A stretch of 64,000 nucleotides of DNA from Octopus vulgaris (taxonomy: Eukaryota): contig OX597831.1 of the NCBI GenBank assembly GCA_951406725.2, positions 23,994,001 through 24,058,000 on the forward strand, in the 5' to 3' direction. The notes below the pieces were generated by a model. It did no database searches. It was not told the DNA's origin and worked only from the letters and a program-made list of their open reading frames with translations. Positions within the stretch are counted from its first letter, which is position 1. Every line of letters begins with the position of its first letter. This document shows positions 52,294 to 64,000 of this stretch, one piece after another. The translations under genes were made by a program, and so were the position numbers.

Positions 52294-52445
52294 TAGAAAA
52301 AGGAGACAAATGCTCAAGATGTTATTAAATCATTTATATTTTCATATTTCCTACATATATTTTGATGGATGCATCAAAACATATGTAGGACGTATGAAGA
52401 TATAAATAATTTAATGACATCTTGAATATTTGTCTCCTTTTTCTA
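52294..52445. repeat. About 150-bp imperfect palindrome with 4-nt loop (MITE-like)
   Basis: tagaaaaaggagacaaat...ttttgatg-gatg-catcaaaa...atttgtctcctttttcta. Confidence 0.85.
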
Positions 52446-53991
52446 CTTTTTCTATTTTTCTCCTAAATATGTCTTTCTTGTTCCTGGATTCAAATCCCAC
52501 AGAAGGGTGACCATATTTTCCTAGGAAACTTATTTATGGAGGGTCAAAGTTGGAAAAAAGACAGGACAGTGGAGACATACATATATATATATATATATGA
52601 TGTATGTATATATATGTATCTATATATATATATATACCTGCATACATATATAGTCTCACACACATACTCACACAAAAGTCTGCATATATAAATAAATGCA
52701 TATAGATAGATTTATAGACAGATGGATGGATAGACAGTACCGAGTGAAAGATTGAAGCAAATAGCTCACAGCATCCATTTCTCAAGCTAAAAGGAGTGTT
52801 TAGCAAGGAACAATTAATTACTTCCCATTAAAAAAAAAAAATCAACGAAAAACCTGATATGCTGTTGGAACTATCCAAACAAAGAGCTAACATGCAACAT
52901 AGCATGAAATGGGAATAAAAGGCAATGTGAAGCTTCTCCCATTTCGCAATAATTCCTTTAACTTAGCTTAACACGTAGCAGAGAGAAGAATTTAAATATT
53001 GTTTTGCCATTTCAATGCTCTACTGTTCTACAGTTACACCAATAAATAGTTATGAAATCAAAGATATGGCAAGTGAGAGGTGCTAACCATTTTATTCCAT
53101 GAAAGAAAAAAAAAAGGAAAGCAGAAGAGAAAAAGGAAAAAAATCTAAATATAAAAACTAATTTCTTCTTTTTTCTTTTGTTCTTTCATTTTTTGCCTTC
53201 TTTTACTCTTTTCTGATATTTTCTTTCCTTCGTTTTTATTTCTTCATTTACTTTATTCTTTTTTCTTTATCTTCTCTTTATTTTTCTCATGTTTGCTCTT
53301 CTTAACCCACCTGTCTCTGGGTTTTTTTTTGTTTTTGTCATTTTTTTTTCTTTTGATTTTTCGTTAACCATTTTTCTAGAACATCATAAATATGTTATGC
53401 TTCAAGGAAGAAAAGAAGATTTTTCCAGGATTCTAGTCTGCATACAAGACTTTGATTCAAGTGATAATATTTGTTAGAATACACATCTTTAACATTGATC
53501 TTTTAACTTCTAAAAATTCACAAATAACAAAGATTCCTCAAACTTTTACATAATTACACATTTTTCTCCATTATTTTTTTATTTTCATTGATTTTTTTTC
53601 TCTTCGTTCATATATTTCCTCTTTTTCTTTTGGTATTTTTGTAATTATTTAGTTTTGATTTCTATCTTTATTTGTTATTTTAGCTTTTGATTTGCACTCT
53701 AGCTTTAGTCTAGAAACCTCTTTATCTTGGTGTTTTGTATTTTAAAGAATAAACCAGAGAATTATCTTTATTCTGTTCTTTTAATTCACCGTGTATGTTT
53801 GTGCATGCGTGTATCTCTGTGTTTAAGTATTTGTGATTAGAGTTTGTTCATTTTAGCGATGCTATAAAGTCCTTAAGTCTGTAGAAAAGATCCCTGTTGG
53901 TGCTCTTTAATAATACTGACTCTCTCCCCCTCTCTCTCTCCCATTGTATCAATCATATGTAAGGCTCTCAGGTGGGAATGACAAGAAAATG

Positions 53992-54029
<38 letters not shown>

Positions 54030-54034
54030 CATCA

Positions 54035-54071
<37 letters not shown>

Positions 54072-54124
54072 CATTATTATTATTATTATTAGTATCTTCA
54101 TCATCATCATCACTATTATTATCT

Positions 54125-54465
54125 TCATTTTTCGATTTTGTTTTCATTTCTTGCTGAGTGTCATGCCAACACCTAGGGCAAAGACACTTACTGTATACAT
54201 TGGTAGGCCATTAAAATAAACACACCAGATTGTTCATTTACAAAATTTTGCGACAGAAACAAAAAAATGGGTAAGAAAGACAGAGAGAAAAAGGAGAGAA
54301 AGAAAATAAGAAAAGAATGTAAAAAGGAAAAAGAAAATTAAGGGCAAAAAAAGAAAGAATATTCACAGCGACAATGCTCTTCTCAGTACGTGTGACATAC
54401 CAATTAAGACAGTCTTTTGCACTTCCTGCATGGATGGTAAGCCAGGAATCATTCTCAAATATATC
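54125..54465 (-). mobile_element. 3' end of an RLE-type (R2/R4/NeSL-like) non-LTR element
   Basis: Minus strand translates YLRMIPGLPSMQEVQKTVLIGMSHVLRRALSL*, followed by a 3' UTR and an (AAT)-type tail. Confidence 0.65.
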
Positions 54466-54845
54466 ATCATTATTACTGTTGCCTTTGCACAGCTTCTAAT
54501 GCTGGAGACGTACTACGGTGTCAACTGTTTACTACCAGGGAACTAAGGTAACATTTCTTATTTTCCGGAGTATTTGAGTGGTTCCAAGTAGTGCTGTATT
54601 CTGCAAGTGCTCCACCCTTATTGCAGCCCTATTTGTTCCACGTACTTCTTGGGATTTTTGCTCACTGTTCCCAGGGCTCCAACAATTATTGGTACTACTG
54701 CTACCTTTTTCATCGACCACAACTGCTTAACTTCCCAAGTTAACATTTCATATCTCTCAACTTTTCTTTCTTCCTTATCACATACCTTGTTCTCAGCTGG
54801 GCATACTATATCTATTATTATTATTATTATTATTATTATTGACAG
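54466..54845 (-). pseudogene. C-terminal restriction-like endonuclease fragment of a second RLE-type LINE
   Basis: IDIVCPAENKVCDKEERKVERYEML..EVKQLW..VVPIIVGALG then (frameshift) LQNTALLGTTQILRKI, typical of the RLE domain end. Confidence 0.8.
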
Positions 54846-55045
54846 TTGGTATCTTTTTATTAACATCAGTTGCAATATAGAAATAACATTGCCATAGATT
54901 GTAGAATTCAGAACGTAGGAATACTTCTTTAAGATGTAGGAATATACTACTACAATGATAATTGCTATGGATTATATATATGGATTATATATATATACAC
55001 ACACACATACACACACAGAGACATACTCACACATATAGATATATA

Positions 55046-55095
<50 letters not shown>

Positions 55096-55124
55096 CACAC
55101 AGACACACACATACAGATATCTAT

Positions 55125-55158
<34 letters not shown>

Positions 55159-55219
55159 CTCTCTCTATATATATACATACATATATATTATATATATGAA
55201 TATATATGTGTGTATGTAG

Positions 55220-55261
<42 letters not shown>

Positions 55262-55756
55262 CATACACACACATATATAAAATCCTCATTCTAATCAATC
55301 TCTCTCTGCTCTCTTGGGTTGGATGGGTCACACAGTTTCTCATCACTCATCTACAATCCTTGTCATCAGGCAACATAGCAATGGAGAAAAAGCAGCTATC
55401 ATGGTTGTTTTGTCACGTATTTTATTATAATCATACATACACACATGTGTGTGTGTGTATGTGTGTGAGATTAGTAACAGAAGATGCAGTCTCTGGAAAT
55501 GCAATGATTTTGACCTACATCACCTGTCACAAGCTGGCTGCATATGCCACATGAAATCATACTGTAATTTGTGAAATCAAAATGCAGCTAGAAGCTAAGA
55601 AGGATTTGTTACCTTTTTACAGCAAAAAAAACACGTTTGTAATTTGCGTAGAAATCAGTAAGATTAACCTTGGTTTCAAAAGACACGTAGAAGTGTATAA
55701 AGTTACCACACCACCAAGTAAGCTATAGAAACCTATAGAAAATTTGAATCATAAAA

Positions 55757-56138
55757 TAATAATAATAATAATGAAATTATTGTATACAGTGCTCAGGTGT
55801 ACCACAACTTGTCAAAAGTGTGTATGAAGTATATGCAGTAATGTGCAAATGTCTGGGAAGTGAACAGTGTATGAGTCAGATACACGCTTGTGTGTGTGTA
55901 TGGAGGGGAGAAAATCAGGTGTAGTGTTGGTGAATCTCAGGAAGCATGGAAGTTTTGAAGGATGCAGTGCTCCGACAACTAACAACTGATGCCGGCAGTC
56001 TGTTCCATGCTTCAGCAACTCTTAGCATGAAAAAATGTTTCCGAAAGTCATTGGAGCTGTGCTGTTTTCTGACTTTGTAAACACGTCCACGGGTGTTAGA
56101 CAGGTAGAGTTTGAAAATGTGCTCAGAGTTATTGTTAT
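55757..56138 (-). mobile_element. CR1-clade LINE 3' end
   Basis: Minus strand translates HIFKLYLSNTRGRVYKVRKQHSSNDFRKHFFMLRVAEAWNRLPASVVSCRSTASFK, then a short UTR and an (ATT)n tail. Confidence 0.85.
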
Positions 56139-56212
56139 ATGTCAGTGCCTTTTTAATTTAATATACTCATCGGTCTGATTTCCACTCATTTACTTATTTA
56201 TTTATTTTTACA

Positions 56213-56556
56213 CTAGCAGTATCGCCCGGCGTTGCTCAGGTTTGTAAGGAAAATAACTATATAAGCATTTTTAGAGAGTTATAGCCAAAAAATAGCAAAA
56301 AAATCGTAGACATTTTTAGAGAGTTACTTCCCTTATATAATAGCGAAAAAAATGCATTAAAATGGAAAAAAATGATGGTAAATTTTTTTTAAAATCGTAG
56401 ACTCATCGTAGACACGCGCTAATACCCAGAAGGGCTCGATATGAATCACGACTATAAAATACCCAGTTTTGGTTAAACTGCACCACAAAATGTAGGAGTA
56501 GTTAGGAATCTAAATCGTAGGAGACAGAGACACAACTTTACTTTTATATATAAAGA
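56213..56556 (-). mobile_element. Non-autonomous Helitron, second copy
   Basis: Reverse complement of 32021-32417: TC 5' end at 56556, CTAG 3' end at 56213, AT insertion site. Confidence 0.85.
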
Positions 56557-57189
56557 TATATCGTAGAAATTCTGTGTACAAACAGATACATAACTGCTAC
56601 TATTATGTGTTTAGAGATCCTTGCAAATTATGATATTATAATTCAATATGCTTCTTGTTTAGTTGTTAATTATATTCTTTACTAGATAGTATTACTAATT
56701 ATGAGCTACAGAGTAAATGTAGGAGAAATAAGGATAAACACAAGTTTATATTATAGTCCCTACACTTGTTTCACCATCATAATAATTTTCAGCCCAGCAT
56801 TATTTGTTCTAAGGGCATGTAGATGCTCAAACATAACATAACATCGAGGAGCATTTCATTGTCTTAAGTTATAGATAACCATGTCCAAAGTTGGATAAAT
56901 GGGAAGGCATTTTATAATTATTTTGAGAGAGAAATAATTGTTTTCTCTGCCTTACTCTCATTCTGTACCACCTCCATCTCAGTCTTTTTTTCATTCTCCC
57001 CCTTTCTCTTTTACCTTAATATTTCCTTTTCATCTATTTGCTTTCTTTCCAAATAACCAAAATGGTGAAACAGGTGTAGGAACTTCTCATGAAGGACTAA
57101 CTTAAGAAACATTAAGGTTTTCTCTTTCCATTAAAGCATTAAGCTAATACCTTACTTGTCAAACTTTGTCCTTGCTATGTTGTTCTTTT

Positions 57190-57410
57190 TAATCATCATC
57201 ATCATCATCACCATCATCACCATCATCATCATTTAGCATCTGCTTTCCATGCTGGCATGGGTTAAGACAGTTTGACTGGAACTGATAAGCTCTTGAAGCT
57301 GTACCAGGTTCCAGTCTAATTTGGCAATGGTTTCTATGGTTGGATACCCTTCCTAATGCTAACCACTCCAAGAATATCATGGGTGCCTCTTAAATGCCAA
57401 CGGCATGGGT
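57190..57410 (-). mobile_element. Diverged family D element
   Basis: (catc)n-tttagcatctgctttccatgctggcatggg...ggatacccttcctaatgctaaccactc. Confidence 0.7.
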
Positions 57411-57469
57411 GGAAGTTATGCGGTCATTTATTGTATTTCTATATATATATATTTATGTATGTATATATA

Positions 57470-57533
<64 letters not shown>

Positions 57534-57537
57534 TGTT

Positions 57538-57762
57538 TCGAGCTTGCAGAAATGTTAGCACGCCGTGCGAAATGCGTAGCTGTATTTCGTCTGCCGTTAT
57601 GTTCTGAGTTCAAATTCCGCTAAGGTCGACTTTGCCTTTCATCCTTTCGGGGTCGATAAATTAAGTACTAGTTACACACTCGGGTCGATATAATCGACTT
57701 AATCCATTTGTCTGTCTTTGTTTGTCCCCTCTGTGTTTAGCAACTTGTGGGTAGTAAAGAAA
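57538..57762 (+). mobile_element. Family B SINE monomer
   Basis: cgagcttgcagaaatgttagcacgcc...gcctttcatcctttcggggtcgataaattaagtac...gtagtaaagaaata. Confidence 0.88.
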
Positions 57763-58443
57763 TATATATTTATGTACATGTGCATATCTCTGTGTGTGTG
57801 TGTGTGTGAGTGTGTGTGTGTGTGTGATTTCTAAGTGCTTGAACTCCAAATGAGACAGAAGACAGGTGATCTTAGTAATCCTTCAGTTGCTTAGACATTA
57901 ACAGGTTTTACTAATACTGTAATAACCGAAATGGTTTTAGATTGAAGCACAGCAGCAAATATATTCATACGAAATATTACTTATTGATATAATGTTCATT
58001 AGACAACATTAATAAATGTAGTTTGTAATTATTCACATGTCATCTGGTGTCAGCCATAATGAACACCTCCGAGACTTTATAAGGTGAAGTTGAAGAAAAC
58101 ATACAAATAATATTATTAACACAACGCACACATTTACAGGCACACTTATACATGCATACATATGAAGTCCCTCTCCCTTATATCCTGACACACTCATAGA
58201 ACTCTCTCAGATAACTATATATATATATATATACAAATACAAAGAGAGAAATCATTTACACATGCACACACAGAGGAAAATCTCTCACTCAGAGAAATAC
58301 ATACAGAGGTAAACACATCATCATCATCATCATCATCATTTAGCATCCGTTTTCCATGCTTACACTTACCAGACTGTTGCACTCTCACACTTATACTCTC
58401 TCTCCCTCTCGCTCACTCTTCTCTCACTACACACACATATACT

Positions 58444-58497
<54 letters not shown>

Positions 58498-58833
58498 TAA
58501 ACACACTCATTCACATTTTCACATGCAGATTCAAAACATACCCTGATAGTATCTGATATATATATCATATATACACACATAATCACACACACATGCACGT
58601 GCACAAATGCACATGCATACACACACATACACAATCATTTTCTTTCTATTCCTCTTGTAGACTTTCTCACTCAGACACACACACAAGGACACATACATAC
58701 ACACACGTGCACAATTACACTCTCCCTCTCCCTCCGTCTCTCTCTCTCTCTTTGTGTCTCTCTTTTACTTTCTCTCATCCACATTCTCACATACACATTC
58801 ATATATATGTATATATATATATATATATATACG

Positions 58834-58873
<40 letters not shown>

Positions 58874-58894
58874 CATATATATATAAATACATGC

Positions 58895-58925
<31 letters not shown>

Positions 58926-59529
58926 TATACATCACACACACATATAACTCATAATCACCTCAACCAGAACCACACACAGAATCACACACACTCACATACA
59001 CACACACACACATACACACAGAGAGAAATACACACGATCTCACCTATTTACACACCTGTATGCACAAACACATAGACGCACACATCCAGGCAGTTAGAAT
59101 TCAATATTGCCGTACTTCATCATTAAGACAAGCTTCTTTCTCTGAGAAAATTTTAATGTGCAAATTCTAATGGAAAAATGTTCTCATCAATATACAGAAA
59201 TCAATAATACCGGATCTTATTTAGGTTTTAATAATTATTCGCCACTTGTTTCAATCAGACAGTAAAGTACATCATAAAAAATGTACCGAAAGTTGTCATA
59301 TTTATGTGATTGTTAGGTGTGTAGTATGTGTGACTGTGTGAGATGTTTTGTTAATGTAATGTTAACATATAAGGCCATTCATGAAATGAAAAGAAGGAAG
59401 GAAGGATGAGAAGATGAAAGGGAACAAGAAGGGCAAAGAAGAAAAAGGTATGAAGAAGGCGGAAGGAAAGGACACCATGAGACATATTACTTTCGTCTTG
59501 TCAATTTTCTTTTTCTTATTTATTTATCT

Positions 59530-59648
<119 letters not shown>

Positions 59649-59964
59649 ATCACTTCCATTTCACAGAAATCAAATAATAACAAAGAATTGTCCAGAAATG
59701 ATATTATTTACAACACAGCAAGCAAACTTACTTGCTTGATAACAAAGAAAATTTCAAATATTAAGCTTTTCATGTCAGAGTTGATGAGAAAAAAATTTTT
59801 CGAGGGGGGGAAAAATAAATAAATATATATTTCAACAAATAAGTAAATAAAAAGATTAAATAATAAATAAATAAGAGTAAAAAGGAAAGAAAAGCAAAAC
59901 TTGAAAAAAAAATATAGAACAAAGAAAAATATTTTATCATTGGTAAATGATGAAATATCAAGTT

Positions 59965-60117
59965 GTAGTAGTAGTAGTGGTAGTGGTCACGGTACTAGTA
60001 GTAGTAGTAGTAGCAGCAGTAGTAGTATTAGAGTAGTAGAAGTACTAGTACTAGTAGTAGTAGTAACAGTAGCAGCAAGGGTGGTGATAATAGTAGTAGT
60101 AGTAGCAGCAAAGGTTT

Positions 60118-60162
<45 letters not shown>

Positions 60163-60248
60163 CAAGAGTGCTGGTGGCAGTGGTGGTAGTAGTAGTAGTG
60201 GTAGTAGTAGTAGTAGTAGTAGCAGCAGCAGCAAGGGTGGTGGTGGTG

Positions 60249-60312
<64 letters not shown>

Positions 60313-60313
60313 C

Positions 60314-60358
<45 letters not shown>

Positions 60359-60360
60359 CG
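59965..60360. repeat. (TAG)n/(TGG)n compound tract
   Basis: Visible directly. Confidence 0.95.
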
Positions 60361-60595
60361 TAAACATTATAAACAGGACTTGGTGAAGAACTGAGAGTGA
60401 GAGGATCATTGAATCTTTAAATGCCTGAGCTGCTTTGGATAAGATTGTCATTTCATGGACTATTGACCACGGTTTTTTAGACATGGAACAATGGTCACTG
60501 CATCAGGTGTTTTATTCCTAGGTGTGTGCAATATCCTTGACTGGATCTGAACAGGTAAACTTTGTTTCAAACAAAGTGTTAAAATAAAGTCCTCA

Positions 60596-60871
60596 GGTGT
60601 GCCGTGTGGTGAGAGATTTGCTTCCCAACAACATGGTTCCAGGTTCAGTCCCACTGCATGGCAACTTGGGCCCAGTATCTTCTACTATATGACCTCAGGC
60701 TGATCTCAGCTTTGAGAGTGGATTTGGTAGATGGAAACTGAAAGAAGCCCACCATATATATACATATATATATGTGTGTAAACAAAAAGCACCTAACTTT
60801 GAGCTGTGAAGGCTATACTGAACTGGCTTAGTGCCTCAATTTAAGTATCTAATTCAACTGAATCTTCATTA

Positions 60872-60905
<34 letters not shown>

Positions 60906-61095
60906 TGAGTGAGTGTCTTTGTGTCTATGTTTATACCCCATCCCATCACTACTTGATAACCAATGCTGGTGTGTTTATGTCCCTGCAACTGAACAGTTCG
61001 GCAAAAAAGACTGATTGAATAACTAATGCACTTAAGAAATATGTCCTGGGGCAAAAATACCCTTCAAGGTAAGTACTCCAGCATGGCCAGTCAAA
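60596..61095 (+). mobile_element. Diverged family A SINE with about 90 bp of unrelated sequence inside its microsatellite
   Basis: Head at about 60596, insert at about 60780-60870, tail to about 61095. Confidence 0.75.
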
Positions 61096-61185
61096 TATAC
61101 TCCTAAATCCTGCAAAACAAATCTTGTGTTTTTGCATCTTTTGTATATATATATATGTATATATATATACATATATATACATATA

Positions 61186-62450
<1,265 letters not shown>

Positions 62451-62453
62451 ATA

Positions 62454-62830
62454 AAACAAATGATAGAGATGGAAGATGGAGTACACGGGACACCTTATTG
62501 TTCACAACGATTGTTCAGACACATCCCGTATTGATCCCTTGTGGGTGGAAACCGTACAACTGGTTGTGGTGCATCCCTTGGTGCATAAGCACCTCATCAG
62601 GTGACACAATAAGAGGTATATTGTTAGATGGTATCTCTGCTTAAACAGAGTTCATTTAATGAAATACCTTTAATTACATCACCTGACGAGGCGCTTATGC
62701 ACCAAGGGACGCACCACAATCAGTTGTATGGTTTCCCACCCATGAGGGATTGATGCAGGATGCGTTGAAATGATCTTTGTGAGCAATAATGTTTCCCATG
62801 TATCCTATCTTCTGTCTCTATCACTTGTTT
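62454..62830. mobile_element. Head-to-head inverted-repeat element (about 150-bp arms, about 75-bp spacer) with a split hammerhead-like core in each arm
   Basis: 62454-62604 is the reverse complement of 62679-62830. Right arm: tcac-CTGACGA (62683) ... GAAA (62767)-tgatct-TT-gtga. Confidence 0.7.
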
Positions 62831-62999
62831 AATACTCAACGTAGACTGAAGAATTTCTGTGGTAGATCCAGCAACAATTGTGTAATAACTGTGGATGACA
62901 TCAGGTATCCATATGCAGTGAACGTGCTTTATCAGCGTACTACTAGGAACATATCCAACACTTAAACATTAACACACACACACACATATATATATAAGC

Positions 63000-63300
63000 A
63001 TGGAGGCACAATGGTCCTGTGGTTAGGGCAGTGGACACATGCTCATAGGAACACAGTTTCGAATTCCAGATTGGGCGTTGTGAGTGTTTATTGAGCGAAA
63101 ACACCTAAGCTCCATGAGGCTCCAGCAGGGGGTAGTGGCGATCCCTGCTCTACTCTGTTGCCACAACTTTGTCTCCCTCTTTCCTCTGTTTGCCTGCTCG
63201 CTTAGCCAGTAGGGTGGCATCATTTGAAGGCTAAAAGATGCAAAGCGCATTGTGACCAGCGATGTGTAGCAACATCTGATAGCCTGGTTGGTCACGGTGA
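63000..63300 (+). mobile_element. Family C-type tRNA-derived SINE
   Basis: tggtcctgtggttaggg A-box-like, gtttcgaattcc B-box-like; homologous to 47340-47538. Confidence 0.7.
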
Positions 63301-63519
63301 TACATATATATATATATATGCATGCAATGATATATACATGAATATACAAGTGTGTGTGTGTGTATGTTTGTGTATGTGCATGCACATATATGTATAATGT
63401 GCATACACATATATGTATAATGACTTTTAGTTGAAGATACACTTGATATTCACTTGACTGGTTTCATAATTTTATGATATTTCTATAATAGTGTGATATG
63501 GAGGGAGATAGAACTTTGC

Positions 63520-64000
63520 CATAACTGTCTTATCTCCAACTGGAGTTTTGAAAATATTCTCTTTTATCTGGAGAGATGATGCGTCTAATTGAGGTTTTCA
63601 GTAAAATAATGCTGAGATGACAACAGCTTGATAAACTATCAGTTTCATTTTGAGTTGTTAGAACTTTTTTCTCAGCTGTTTTCCAAATACTGACTGGATC
63701 AATCCGCTTACATTCCACATCCATTTCAGAAGTACATTTGTTGGAAATAAGGCTTTGAAGTTAGGGAAAAATGACAAATTACTCAAGCAATTGTATCAGA
63801 GACAGAAATGAAAGATTTCCCTTTGGAGCTGATTGGATGACGACTTTTGTCTTCTTGACATTCATTGTGAAGCTGATGCCATCATATGCACCGTTGACTC
63901 AGTGGCATAAAGTGGTTGGAATACCCAAAATGTCAAAGAAGCATCTACATGGCATCGCTTTGCAGACAGTAAGAAAAAACATTTCCAGGTCAACTTTCAT
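63520..64000 (-). pseudogene. RTE-clade LINE reverse-transcriptase fossil
   Basis: Minus peptides ISFTMNVKKTKVVIQ, ISNKCTSEMDVE and KMKLIVYQAVVISALFY resemble RTE/BovB FGLTINVKKTKVM...TKLKVYRAVVL..LLY. Frameshifted. Confidence 0.75.

Overview
AT-rich, microsatellite-dense eukaryotic non-coding DNA. The SINE repertoire and the (TA)n/(CA)n/(ATA)n density point to a coleoid cephalopod, probably Octopus (inference, not checked against a database). I cannot support any intact host protein-coding gene, and almost all ORFs in the track are microsatellite or SINE artefacts. The window is a layered mosaic of mobile elements. There are at least four SINE-like families (tRNA-headed family A; Meta-domain-like family B, often multimeric; modular family C; RTE-tail family D). 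There are also two non-autonomous Helitrons, piggyBac-type and other MITEs/foldbacks, decayed mariner and maT/DD37D-like transposases, and fossils of Penelope-like, RTE, CR1, RLE-type and gag-knuckle (ORF1) retroelements. The most interesting signal is a set of at least four unrelated families of minimal type I hammerhead-ribozyme (HHR) motifs. One is a tRNA-promoter + microsatellite + HHR element present twice as a head-to-head inverted dimer (19005-19521, 41635-42057). Another is an inverted-repeat element whose HHR core appears split by a long insert (62454-62830). They sit among Penelope-like RT fossils, suggesting a Penelope-mobilised, ribozyme-bearing SINE/retrozyme system. Coordinates were read by eye and boundaries of diverged repeats are approximate.
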